Positions 8,298 through 17,401 of a stretch of 37,170 nt of DNA are shown piece after piece. The stretch's first letter is position 1. The number at the start of each line of letters is the position of its first letter. Origin of the DNA: a virus. Lineage: Duplodnaviria; Caudoviricetes. Where the stretch lies: the IMG/VR virus record IMGVR_UViG_3300025723_002011, positions 1-37,170 of that record. The stretch is one strand, 5' to 3'. Made by a program: the position numbers and the translations under genes. The notes beneath the pieces were generated by a model, which searched no databases, was not told the DNA's origin, and saw nothing but the letters and a program-made list of their open reading frames with translations.

Positions 8298-8334
8298 ATA
8301 GACATTGCCTATTGCTGCAATAGAATCAAAGTAT
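8298..8334 (+). promoter_or_regulatory. OxyR-type binding site upstream of ahpC
   Basis: ATAG-acattgc-CTAT-tgctgca-ATAG-aatcaaa-GTAT: one mismatch to ATAG-N7-CTAT-N7-ATAG-N7-CTAT. Confidence 0.75.
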
Positions 8335-8440
8335 TGAAAAACCATCAAAAATCCATAGATTTAGTGTGTATAAAATGCTAAATTAGTGTGATAGTTAATA
8401 ATAGGTATTAACACACAACTACACACAATAGGGGATTACC

Positions 8441-8986
8441 ATGAAAACAGTAGGAGATACGTTAGAAGCGTTTGAGATTGTTGGAGTCAAACCGGGACAG
8501 CCGGATGATGCTTTCTTTACCATCGACCAAAACAGTTTTGCAGGCAAGTGGAAGGTGATTGTTTACTACCCGAAGGACTTTACCTTTGTTTGCCCTTCAG
8601 AGATCGTGGCCTACGACAAACTAAATCAGGATTTTGCCGATCGCGATGCAGTGCTGCTCACCGGCAGTACCGATAATGAATTCTGCAAGGTGGCTTGGCA
8701 GAAGGCTCATCCAGATTTGGCCAAGATTACCCATACACAGTTTGCAGATACCGCGCGGGACGAACGCAGCCTTATCAATCAATTGGGCGCGTTCTATGCT
8801 CCTGCTGGCGCCGCTCTGCGTGCCACATTTGTCGTTGATCCCAACAATGTTATTCAGCATGTCACTGTCAACAACTTGGATGTGGGTCGAAATCCTGAAG
8901 AAACACTTCGTGTATTGGATTCCTGCCAAACGGGAGAACTTTGTGCATGTAATCGTGCCATTGGCGGCCAAACACTGTCGGTATAA
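8441..8986 (+). CDS. ahpC: Peroxiredoxin (alkyl hydroperoxide reductase C)
   Basis: YPKDFTFVCPSEI peroxidatic motif, VGRNPEETLRVLD, ELCAC resolving region. Confidence 0.95.
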   Translation: MKTVGDTLEAFEIVGVKPGQPDDAFFTIDQNSFAGKWKVIVYYPKDFTFVCPSEIVAYDKLNQDFADRDAVLLTGSTDNEFCKVAWQKAHPDLAKITHTQFADTARDERSLINQLGAFYAPAGAALRATFVVDPNNVIQHVTVNNLDVGRNPEETLRVLDSCQTGELCACNRAIGGQTLSV

Positions 8987-8997
8987 GGAGAAACGTC

Positions 8998-9504
8998 ATG
9001 AGTTTTATTGAAACAGTCAAGAATTCTTTGCCGGATTACGCCAAAGACATCAGGCTCAATCTCGATGCGGTGTTGCTGAGAAGCACACTGACGCCTGAAG
9101 TGGCCATGGGCTGTGCAGTAGCAGCTTTGGCCGCTGCCGGCAATGGCAAAGTATTGTCGGCCCTGTTGAGCGATGACCCGATTCATGCCGATGCTGCCAT
9201 GACGGCTGCCAGTTTAATGGCAATGACCAATACCTGGTATCCCTACGTGGAAATGACCAATGATCCGCAACTGTCAGGACTTCCTGCACAGTTGCGCATG
9301 AACTCCATTGTCACGCACGGGGGCACCAGCAAGGCCAACTTTGAGGCATTTAGCCTAGCAGCCAGCATTGTGGGCAAATGTCATTTTTGCGTCAAGGCGC
9401 ACTATGACACACTGCGAGCAGAAGGATACACTGTGGAACAGCTTCGTGACGTTGGACGAATCGCTGCTGTCATGAACAGTGTGGCCAAAGTGTTGGTGGG
9501 CTAG
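8998..9504 (+). CDS. ahpD: Alkylhydroperoxidase AhpD
   Basis: LPDYAKDIRLNL, MAMTNTWY, SIVGKCHFCVKAH (CxxC..H); directly follows ahpC. Confidence 0.93.
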   Translation: MSFIETVKNSLPDYAKDIRLNLDAVLLRSTLTPEVAMGCAVAALAAAGNGKVLSALLSDDPIHADAAMTAASLMAMTNTWYPYVEMTNDPQLSGLPAQLRMNSIVTHGGTSKANFEAFSLAASIVGKCHFCVKAHYDTLRAEGYTVEQLRDVGRIAAVMNSVAKVLVG

Positions 9505-9718
9505 GGTCGTGCAAGGCATAAATTCCTTACAGGATCTCAAAACTCGTTTAGAAATTGCAGGATTTGAAATCATGGACTACTCAGGGTGGTATTTAAACAC
9601 CGCCCATGGTCGTTGGACCATGCTGTTTGGTCAGGTTTATTTGAACAACGTGGTCATCAATCACATGCATGATGCTCCTGTGATCAAGAAGCGGAAAACC
9701 AGGAAACTACAATCCTAG
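9479..9718 (+). CDS. Hypothetical protein (true start probably GTG near 9509)
   Basis: ORF filling the gap after ahpD; no recognised motif. Confidence 0.5.
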   Translation: MWPKCWWARVVQGINSLQDLKTRLEIAGFEIMDYSGWYLNTAHGRWTMLFGQVYLNNVVINHMHDAPVIKKRKTRKLQS

Positions 9719-9731
9719 ATCCTGATTCTGC

Positions 9732-9760
9732 TTGACTTTGAGATAAAAGAGATATATAAT
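9732..9760 (+). promoter_or_regulatory. sigma70-type promoter
   Basis: TTGACT-N17-TATAAT. Confidence 0.75.
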
Positions 9761-9811
9761 AGTACAAGCTATATAAACTATAGCGTTTTTAAAAATAAAG
9801 AGGTAATTTAA

Positions 9812-10264
9812 ATGAAGAAGTTAATTCTAGCAACAATGTTGGCAACTGCAATGGGCACTGCATCCGCTGTTGAACTGGGCGTAAATGCCGGTTTCAACAC
9901 TTCGGGACCTGGTGCTGTTTCCTACGGCGTTACTGTGGGTGAGAAGATGGGCGCTGTTGGCGTTACCGGCGGGTATGATCGTGACAATCGTACCACTCGA
10001 GTAGGCAATCGCTACAGTGTGGTGGCTTCCTATGATCTCGTGAACGTGGGCAACGTGACCCTGGTTCCCAAGGTTGGCGGAGCTTATCTTGACAATGAGG
10101 CTGTGGCAACCAACGGTTATGCTGTGCTTGCCGGTGTGGGCGCCGAAGTTGTTTTGGTCAAGCATGTGGTAGCCACTGCCGACTATCGTTATCAGTTTGG
10201 CCAGGATCGCGTCAAGGATCTAAATGGCAATCAGCTGTTTGCTGGTGTCAAGGTCAAGTTTTAA
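9812..10264 (+). CDS. Small outer-membrane beta-barrel protein (OmpA/Ail/Lom-like)
   Basis: Signal peptide ending ASA, alternating beta-strand pattern, C-terminal beta signal ..AGVKVKF. Confidence 0.85.
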   Translation: MKKLILATMLATAMGTASAVELGVNAGFNTSGPGAVSYGVTVGEKMGAVGVTGGYDRDNRTTRVGNRYSVVASYDLVNVGNVTLVPKVGGAYLDNEAVATNGYAVLAGVGAEVVLVKHVVATADYRYQFGQDRVKDLNGNQLFAGVKVKF

Positions 10265-10285
10265 TCAATCGTTAAAACTATCAAT

Positions 10286-10313
10286 AAAAAGGCTACCTAG
10301 GTAGCCTTTTTTT
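10286..10313 (+). terminator. Rho-independent terminator, potentially bidirectional
   Basis: AAAAAGGCTAC-CTAG-GTAGCCTTTTTTT. Confidence 0.88.
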
Positions 10314-10360
10314 ATGAACGCCGTAATACTAATGCAATAGTTTTCTGCTTAAATATAGGT

Positions 10361-11230
10361 ATGAAAAAAACTTATCGTAGTATTTTTATTAGTGATATAC
10401 ATCTTGGAACTCTTGATTGCAAAGCCGAAGAACTAGACCATTTCCTCAAAAATAACACATGCGAAACTTTGTATCTAGTGGGTGATATAATTGATGCATG
10501 GCGTATACAACAAAATAAATGGCGGTGGAAACAGAGTCATACCAATGTGGTCAAAAGAATATTGCAACACAGCAAGCACCATACAAGAATAGTGTACGTG
10601 GCTGGTAATCATGATGAATTTTTGAGACCCATGATTCCATATGGGCTAAGTTTTGGCAGGATCGAGGTTGTAAATCAAACTGAACACATGGGTCTAGATG
10701 GCTATCGCTACCTTGTTACTCACGGTGATTTATTTGATGGTATTACTAAATTGGCTCCTTGGATTTCCTTCCTGGGAGATAAAGCATATGATTATATATT
10801 ACGTCTCAATTCCAAGTTTAATTGGTTACGTAGAAAGATGGGGTTTGGTTACTGGTCTTTAAGTAAGTTCTTAAAACATCGAGTCAAAAAGGCGGTAGAT
10901 TTTATGTTTAGATTTGAAAACAATCTAGCTGACTATTGCAAGAAGAGAGGATTTGACGGAGTGATTTGTGGTCATATACATAATCCTGAAATAAAACGAG
11001 TTGAAAATATTTGGTATTTAAATGATGGTGATTTTGTAGAAAGTCTTTCTGGATTAATTGAAACTCACGACGGGGATTGGGTTCTTATTCATTTAGAAGA
11101 AAATGAATGGCGTCCTTTCCAAGTATTAGATCGCCAGACTGATCAAATACTAACAGGAGAACTTTGTGTCCGTTGGTTTGAGAAGAAAGGATTTTCTGTT
11201 TTACTATATCAAAATCCCGGCTCAAAGTGA
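10361..11230 (+). CDS. Calcineurin-like metallophosphoesterase, LpxH/UDP-2,3-diacylglucosamine hydrolase-like
   Basis: SDIHLG, LVGDIID, GNHD, HGDLFD, CGHIH, YLNDGDFVES; the last ~45 aa overlap the opposite-strand gene. Confidence 0.85.
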   Translation: MKKTYRSIFISDIHLGTLDCKAEELDHFLKNNTCETLYLVGDIIDAWRIQQNKWRWKQSHTNVVKRILQHSKHHTRIVYVAGNHDEFLRPMIPYGLSFGRIEVVNQTEHMGLDGYRYLVTHGDLFDGITKLAPWISFLGDKAYDYILRLNSKFNWLRRKMGFGYWSLSKFLKHRVKKAVDFMFRFENNLADYCKKRGFDGVICGHIHNPEIKRVENIWYLNDGDFVESLSGLIETHDGDWVLIHLEENEWRPFQVLDRQTDQILTGELCVRWFEKKGFSVLLYQNPGSK

Positions 11231-12056
11231 ATAAACTTTTAATTTCTACAACTAAATTATCGTCAGGAACAAAGAAATCACAATAGTATCTACGAGTTTT
11301 TCCTTGCCATTCATACCATAGTTCTGGCATATCTTTTTTACGATATTTTATTTGATTTTCTAGAAACTTGGTCTTTAAATAATCAAATCCATACGGTTCA
11401 TACCCTTGTAGATATATGATTTCACCGTTAGATAAAACGTATTTTTTTCTTTTCTTGAATCTATTGTAGCAAAGTTTTTCAGCTATTTCCGGTATATGAA
11501 CAGGATTATATACTCCATATTTTGCAAATTGTTTTTCTTGCCATCCGATAAAATTATGTTCTATACCGTATTTTTTTAACATGGTATCAACTCTTTTTTG
11601 TTTTACTTGATCGTTACTACTAGGATTTTCTACTCCGTACTTTTCTAAAAAATGTTTTTTCCTTTTTTCCATTACTCCGGGTATATACATTGAATTAGTA
11701 ATATCTTTGCCATATTTTTCTACAAGAGATTTCCTTTGAATATCAACATTTCCTTTTCCTGCAACTTTATGATTGGCAAACATGCTATATCCTTCGCTCA
11801 TGCCCGGAATATCTATTTTTTCAATAGCATCGCCGGCTCTCCATTTCCTTTCTAGTCCTGAAATAGGACATAATGGAATAATGTTGGTATCTTTCCAATA
11901 ATGCCATAATTTTCTTTGCAGATTCCATTCCTCTGGTAAATTCATTTGATTAAATTTATTTTCCAATTGATTAAACCATGGAGCTTTATGTAAACTGAAG
12001 ATTAATTTCTTTTTTAACGATGATTCTTTCAAGTATTTTAAAATTTTTTTCTTCAT
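11085..12056 (-). CDS. Putative PD-(D/E)xK homing-type endonuclease with KYG repeats
   Basis: Repeated EKYG/KKYG(V/I) units, LQGYEPY, YYCDFFVPDDNLVVEIKS; very AT-rich and inverted relative to its neighbours. Confidence 0.75.
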   Translation of the reverse strand: MKKKILKYLKESSLKKKLIFSLHKAPWFNQLENKFNQMNLPEEWNLQRKLWHYWKDTNIIPLCPISGLERKWRAGDAIEKIDIPGMSEGYSMFANHKVAGKGNVDIQRKSLVEKYGKDITNSMYIPGVMEKRKKHFLEKYGVENPSSNDQVKQKRVDTMLKKYGIEHNFIGWQEKQFAKYGVYNPVHIPEIAEKLCYNRFKKRKKYVLSNGEIIYLQGYEPYGFDYLKTKFLENQIKYRKKDMPELWYEWQGKTRRYYCDFFVPDDNLVVEIKSLFTLSRDFDIVKQKILSSQTNGHKVLLLVFDQSGDLILGKDAIHFLLNE

Positions 12057-12184
12057 AACTTTATTTATTTAAATAGCGGAGAAACTATTTTAATTTAAGT
12101 TGTCATATAAATCACATTATAAAATGTTTAAATATATTTGAAATCAAATATCAACTGTGTTTAACTTACGGACAGACAAATCAA

Positions 12185-13066
12185 ATGACAATGCTAATAC
12201 TTTCAAAACAGGATCGAGACGAACATGAAACAGAACGATTGGTAGAAAGTTTTACCAATCAAGGATGTGTCGTTAAAGTTTGTAACCCCAATGATTTTGA
12301 TCTAATCGTTGATGGAGATTTGACCAAGGGTGTGAATTATCAAGGCGAAAGGATAGAATTACCCCAGATGGTATTGGTCAGGATGGGGGCAGGAATAACC
12401 CCTTTTCAATTGGCTGTTATCCGGCATCTGGAGCAATCCGGAGTTACCTGCATCAATAGCAGTAACTCCATTGAAATCGTAAAAGATAAACTGCGTACCA
12501 GTCAGATTCTAAGCAGGAACAAAATTGCAATTCCCAATACCATGATGGTTCGTTTTCCAATTGATCAATTTTTAGTTGCCAACAACATTGGGTTTCCGTG
12601 CGTGGTCAAAGTGGTTACTGGCAGCTATGGTGAAGGCGTTTATCTTTGTGAAAAAGAAAAAGATTTTAAGAAACTCATGGAATTGATTGATAATCTGGGT
12701 GGAAAGAAATCAATCCTGGTACAGGAATATATGGGTGAGCGTCCAGGCGAAGATTTAAGAGTGTTGGTCATTGGCGGCAAAGTGATAGGTGCTATGAAAC
12801 GCACAGCCCCGGAAGGTGATTTCCGAGCCAATATCAGCAGTGGCGGAACAGGATGCCCATATCCAGTGACTGAAGAAATTGAGACTATGGCCTTGAGCAC
12901 AGCTGGATGTCTTGGCCTAGAGATAGCAGGAATTGATTTGCTTTTTGACAAGGCGGGATTCCGTGTGTGCGAGGCCAATTCAAATCCGGGATTTAAGGGA
13001 TTTGAAACCTATTGTGAAATTGATGTAGCAGATAAAATCGCAAGGTATGTAAGAAGCAAAACATAA
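12185..13066 (+). CDS. rimK: RimK-family ATP-grasp ligase
   Basis: DKLRTSQIL, GSYGEGV, LVQEY, DLRVLVIGGKV, DFRANISSGG, AGIDLL, EANSNPGF. Confidence 0.85.
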   Translation: MTMLILSKQDRDEHETERLVESFTNQGCVVKVCNPNDFDLIVDGDLTKGVNYQGERIELPQMVLVRMGAGITPFQLAVIRHLEQSGVTCINSSNSIEIVKDKLRTSQILSRNKIAIPNTMMVRFPIDQFLVANNIGFPCVVKVVTGSYGEGVYLCEKEKDFKKLMELIDNLGGKKSILVQEYMGERPGEDLRVLVIGGKVIGAMKRTAPEGDFRANISSGGTGCPYPVTEEIETMALSTAGCLGLEIAGIDLLFDKAGFRVCEANSNPGFKGFETYCEIDVADKIARYVRSKT

Positions 13067-13101
13067 CGGTTTACAGAATATTACAACTAGAGGATACGGT
13101 A

Positions 13102-13242
13102 ATGAATACAAATAAATTTATAAAAACTAAGACCTGTATCGAAAAGAATAACAACAAATTATTCCAGAAAAGTTTTGTCAAGAATTTTAAAAGACAGCGT
13201 ACCGGTAAACCATTTACCACTAGATGGACCACAATTAGATAA
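13102..13242 (+). CDS. Small basic hypothetical protein (46 aa)
   Basis: GAGGA upstream; MNTNKFIKTK..TTIR*, read by hand. Confidence 0.35.
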   Translation: MNTNKFIKTKTCIEKNNNKLFQKSFVKNFKRQRTGKPFTTRWTTIR

Positions 13243-13247
13243 CCCAG

Positions 13248-13276
13248 TTGACATATCAACTCTAAACTTGTATTAT
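13248..13276 (+). promoter_or_regulatory. sigma70-type promoter
   Basis: TTGACA-N17-TATTAT. Confidence 0.75.
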
Positions 13277-13297
13277 ATACAAAGTAAGGAATAAGAT

Positions 13298-13483
13298 ATG
13301 TCAGCAGGAACTACTGCTAATGCGCTTTTTAGGTCTTACAACGCTTTCGCAAATGCTACTGGATTTTGGAAAAACAGTGAATCCCTATGTTGCCGATGCC
13401 GAAAGTGGGTTGAATCATGTATCTTGGTCAACCGAATTGTACGGCAGCTGGCTTCCTTTACTCTTACGAATAATTTAATTTAA
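13298..13483 (+). CDS. Hypothetical protein
   Basis: AAGGA RBS directly after a promoter; no recognised motif. Confidence 0.35.
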   Translation: MSAGTTANALFRSYNAFANATGFWKNSESLCCRCRKWVESCILVNRIVRQLASFTLTNNLI

Positions 13484-13512
13484 TGATCGGCTTTTCACGA
13501 GGGCACATTTAA

Positions 13513-13911
13513 ATGAGCATGCATCTAGTTGGACCATGGCTTTCTACCACAGGTAAGAAAAAAGGCAAAAAGAAATGGGCATCTGCCGAACACAAGCGTC
13601 GTGCTGAATTGGCACAGCAGCAGCAGCAGGCTCTCTATCAAGCCCATGGCATCGCAGCAAAGAAGGCCAAGCCTGCTGCAAACAATCGCACAGCTCTTGT
13701 TGGCTTGGCCAACAACAATACCCGCTATCAAGATCACATCAAACAGGAAGTGGTCAGTCATGAACCCACATGGGCGGTCTGTGCCAAACCACACACTCCT
13801 CGATATACAGGAACACGCATCATTGGCATAGCTGTCCTACATAAGTCTTGTTTGCAGCCGGTGTCTTCACAAAAAGAAGCAGAGGAAATTTCTAAAATGA
13901 GGAGGAACTAG
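13513..13911 (+). CDS. Basic hypothetical phage protein
   Basis: MSMHLVGPWLSTTGKKK..YTGTRIIGIAVLHKS..; plausible gene of unknown function. Confidence 0.75.
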   Translation: MSMHLVGPWLSTTGKKKGKKKWASAEHKRRAELAQQQQQALYQAHGIAAKKAKPAANNRTALVGLANNNTRYQDHIKQEVVSHEPTWAVCAKPHTPRYTGTRIIGIAVLHKSCLQPVSSQKEAEEISKMRRN

Positions 13912-13986
13912 GTTTTTTGCATTTATCAAAATGAAAGTCGCGGTTAGTTTTTAACAAACAGTTGTTAGATAACAATAAATAATTTC

Positions 13987-15003
13987 ATGAATAACTCATT
14001 AACTAACAAAATCATAGCCTATCTTACTCTTTTAAGTGGGCTTTCTATCTCTGCAGTTGCGGTGTATTATTCAGTGGCTGGTCTAACAGCTATATTTTCT
14101 GCGGCTGCCATTCCAATTATTATTATGGGCGTGGCATTGGAAATCAGTAAACTGATAGCCACAGTTTGGCTCAAACAAAATTGGAAAATAGCTCCCCTCA
14201 CAATTAAATCCTATCTTGTTGCTGCTGTTGTAGTACTCATGTTGATTACCAGCATGGGTATTTTTGGTTTTTTGAGTCGCGCACATAGCGATCAAAGTTT
14301 GGTAAGCGGCGATGTGTCTGCAAAAATTGCAGTCTATGATGAAAAAATTGCTGTTGAAAAAGAAAATATTGAAACCAATCGAAAAGCATTACAACAACTG
14401 GACGCTGGTGTTGACCAGCTTATGAGTAGGTCATCTGATGCACACGGTGCTGATCGCGCTGTTTTTTTAAGAAAATCACAGTCAAAGGAGCGTGCCAGAT
14501 TATACGAAGAAATCTCAAAATCACAAAGCACTATCTCTAAATTAAATGAAGATCGAGCACCCATAGCTGCGGAATCACGCAAAGTCGAGGCCGAAGTAGG
14601 ACCAATTAAATATATTGCAGCTTTTTTTTATGGCAGTACAGATCAAACTGTGCTAGAAAAAGCTGTGGTGTGGGTAATTTTGGCATTAATTTTAGTTTTT
14701 GATCCTTTGGCAATCATAATGCTGCTGGCAAGCCAACACAGTTTTTTAATGATGTCAGAGGCATACAATGCCACATCATCAACTGATCATGAGACGCCAG
14801 TGGCCGATAATCAAGACACATCGATTACCAACAATAAAGTATCAACATATGTTCAAAATGAAGAACAGCTCGATAGCGGAAAATGGAAGAATATAAGCAA
14901 AATTATTTCTGAAAAAGAATACCAAGAAGCATCTAGAGAAAAAATTAAAGAAATGGAAGATCGTTTGAAAGCGTCACACAACGAGCCCAACAATGCCGGC
15001 TAA
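13987..15003 (+). CDS. Membrane protein with a central coiled coil
   Basis: Three N-terminal hydrophobic helices, a coiled coil, EVGPIKYIA, then another TM segment (VFDPLA). Confidence 0.8.
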   Translation: MNNSLTNKIIAYLTLLSGLSISAVAVYYSVAGLTAIFSAAAIPIIIMGVALEISKLIATVWLKQNWKIAPLTIKSYLVAAVVVLMLITSMGIFGFLSRAHSDQSLVSGDVSAKIAVYDEKIAVEKENIETNRKALQQLDAGVDQLMSRSSDAHGADRAVFLRKSQSKERARLYEEISKSQSTISKLNEDRAPIAAESRKVEAEVGPIKYIAAFFYGSTDQTVLEKAVVWVILALILVFDPLAIIMLLASQHSFLMMSEAYNATSSTDHETPVADNQDTSITNNKVSTYVQNEEQLDSGKWKNISKIISEKEYQEASREKIKEMEDRLKASHNEPNNAG

Positions 15004-15382
15004 CATAACACTGGTAACTCCGCCGGACATTTACCAAAACGATCAAGAAAGCATTTTGTTTTTTGACCTAACTGAAAAAGAACAAGATGATGTAATACAT
15101 TGGTTAAAAAACATTGATTTGAGTATCAATATTTATTTTTATCAAGGAGAGCCAAATGTTGCTTGGGTATTGCATTCATTGTCTAGTGCCAATTTTAAAT
15201 ATTGTAACCTGAACAATATGTCAGCTGTAACAAGTTATCTGGCTGGCTATATTTTATCAAAATCAAATGTCTTTTACAGCACCAACGATGTAAATGTTGC
15301 TGAACTATATAGCCATATTAATCTTAATAGAGTTACTGACGCCGTTGATTTTTTAGAAAGGATTTTTAGTGGAAAAGAATAA
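14993..15382 (+). CDS. Hypothetical protein
   Basis: Overlaps both neighbours in an operon-like arrangement. Confidence 0.7.
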   Translation: MPANITLVTPPDIYQNDQESILFFDLTEKEQDDVIHWLKNIDLSINIYFYQGEPNVAWVLHSLSSANFKYCNLNNMSAVTSYLAGYILSKSNVFYSTNDVNVAELYSHINLNRVTDAVDFLERIFSGKE

Positions 15383-16610
15383 AACACATGCCTGTGACTT
15401 TTGCGGTAAATCAAAAGAGGATGTTGGCAAGTTAATTGTTGGCGATACCTCTGCAATTTGTAATGATTGCATTGAACTTTGCGTGAGCATATTAGAAGAA
15501 GAAAAAATTAAAAAATTCTCACCCGATGATGGAACTGCTGTACTCAACCCGGCCAAGATCAAAGAATACTTGGATGAGTATGTGATTGGTCAAGAATATG
15601 CAAAAATGGTTTTAAGCGTGGCAGTGTGCCAACACTTTAAGCGTATTTCTAATCCCAGCAAAGATATACAACTAGAAAAAACCAATGTGCTTATGTTGGG
15701 ACCAACCGGCTGCGGAAAAACCATGCTGGCAAAAAAATTAGCAGATTATCTAGATGTACCGTTTGCCATTTGTGATGCTACCAGTATTACCGAAGCAGGC
15801 TACGTGGGCGATGATGTGGAAAGTGTACTTAATCGATTGATGTCAGTGGCCGATGGTGACCTTGAAAAAGTAAAAAACGGCATTATTTACATTGACGAAA
15901 TTGACAAGCTCAGTCGCAAAGGGGAAAGCACCAGTTTAACTAGAGATGTAGGCGGCGAGGGTGTGCAGCAGGGTTTATTGAAAATGATCGAAGGCACTGT
16001 GGTACGTGTGCCCACTTCGGGAAAGAGAAAACATCCCCGAGGGGATATGGCCGAAATTGATACCAGCAGCATACTGTTTATCTGCGGTGGCGCCTTTGTT
16101 GGTCTAGACAAAATTATAAGCAAAAGATTAGGATCTACATCAACATCCGTGGGCTTCAATGCTGTTGTTACTTCAAGCAAGAAAGAAGATAAAAACTGGG
16201 ACAAGACTGAAACTAAAGATCTTGTCACATACGGAATGATTCCCGAGTTTGTTGGCAGATTTGGTCTAATCACTCATGTAGAAGAATTGGTTGTGTCAGA
16301 TTTGGTAAGAATACTCAAAGAACCCAAAAACAGTTTGATATTGCAGTATAAATACCTCTTTAATTTGGACGGCATTGAGATAGACTTTGACCAAGATGCA
16401 CTTACAGCCATCGCGGAAAAAGCTAAAAATATGAAAACAAATGCGCGTGGGCTAAAAAATATCCTAGAAAAAATACTGTTACCTTATCAATTTGATGCAG
16501 TGGATTTGGTTGAACGAGGATTAACCAAACTAGTGATAAGTAAAGACACAGTGGACGGTGGGCCCGCGACATTGATTTTTAACAAAAATAAAGTAGAAAA
16601 AATATCATGA
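15369..16610 (+). CDS. clpX: ATP-dependent Clp protease ATP-binding subunit ClpX
   Basis: Zn domain CDFC..CNDC, Walker A GPTGCGKT, GYVG pore loop, IDEIDK, RDVGGEGVQQGLLK, RKH loop, VGF (IGF-like) loop; GTG start. Confidence 0.96.
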   Translation: MEKNKTHACDFCGKSKEDVGKLIVGDTSAICNDCIELCVSILEEEKIKKFSPDDGTAVLNPAKIKEYLDEYVIGQEYAKMVLSVAVCQHFKRISNPSKDIQLEKTNVLMLGPTGCGKTMLAKKLADYLDVPFAICDATSITEAGYVGDDVESVLNRLMSVADGDLEKVKNGIIYIDEIDKLSRKGESTSLTRDVGGEGVQQGLLKMIEGTVVRVPTSGKRKHPRGDMAEIDTSSILFICGGAFVGLDKIISKRLGSTSTSVGFNAVVTSSKKEDKNWDKTETKDLVTYGMIPEFVGRFGLITHVEELVVSDLVRILKEPKNSLILQYKYLFNLDGIEIDFDQDALTAIAEKAKNMKTNARGLKNILEKILLPYQFDAVDLVERGLTKLVISKDTVDGGPATLIFNKNKVEKIS

Positions 16611-16813
16611 AAATATTTGTAAAGGATGGCAACGTGGATGGCGCTTTGAGAAAACTCAAAAAGAAAATTGAGGAAAGTGGCCGATTAATGGAAGTACTCA
16701 AAAGACAAGAGTATGAAAAGCCAACCACTATGAGAAAGAGAAAAGCAGCGGCTGCTAGAGCCAGATGGAAGAAAAAACTTAGAGATCAAAATCTTCCAAA
16801 ATCAACAAGATAA
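16607..16813 (+). CDS. rpsU: Ribosomal protein bS21
   Basis: NVDGALRKLKKK..RQEYEKPTTMRKRKAAAARAR. Confidence 0.92.
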   Translation: MKIFVKDGNVDGALRKLKKKIEESGRLMEVLKRQEYEKPTTMRKRKAAAARARWKKKLRDQNLPKSTR

Positions 16814-16821
16814 ACATTAAT

Positions 16822-16850
16822 TTGACAAATTTCCTTAGATATAATAAAAT
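16822..16850 (+). promoter_or_regulatory. sigma70-type promoter
   Basis: TTGACA-N17-TAAAAT. Confidence 0.7.
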
Positions 16851-16879
16851 ACAAATATTAATTTAAACGGAAAAGATCA

Positions 16880-17401
16880 ATGTCAAAACATTTGATGGTG
16901 GATTTAGAGACGTTGGCTGTGTCTCCTGATGCAGCCATTTTAACTCTCGGAGCTGTGCATTTTGATCCTATGTCACACGTCATGGGAGAAAAACTGTACA
17001 TGCGATTTAATCTTGACGATCAAGACAAATTGAAAAGATACATTGATCCTAATACATTAGATTGGTGGGCCAAACAAGATCCTGCAATCATGGAAGAAGC
17101 TTTTAGTGATCATGATCGAGTGCCTGTAGCTGATGCCATAGATAAATTCCATAAATTTGCATGGGGATGTAAAGGATTTTGGTCACATGGTTCCGTATTT
17201 GATATCGTGATTTTGGAAAATCTTTACCGTCAATTAAAAAGAACTCCTCCCTGGAGCTTCTGGCAGATCCGTGATACCAGAACTATTTTTGATCTTGGTC
17301 ATGATCCTGATATGCCTCAGGAAAGCAAACACGATGCCTTGCAGGATGCTATACGACAGGCTATCGGAGTACAAAATGTTTACAAGTCCCTTAAAAAATG
17401 A
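16880..17401 (+). CDS. DEDDh 3'-5' exonuclease
   Basis: MVDLETL, HGSVFD, RDTRT, HDALQDA. Confidence 0.88.
   Translation: MSKHLMVDLETLAVSPDAAILTLGAVHFDPMSHVMGEKLYMRFNLDDQDKLKRYIDPNTLDWWAKQDPAIMEEAFSDHDRVPVADAIDKFHKFAWGCKGFWSHGSVFDIVILENLYRQLKRTPPWSFWQIRDTRTIFDLGHDPDMPQESKHDALQDAIRQAIGVQNVYKSLKK

Noticed and set aside
13615-13629. (CAG)5 microsatellite
   Set aside because: It simply encodes a short in-frame poly-Gln.
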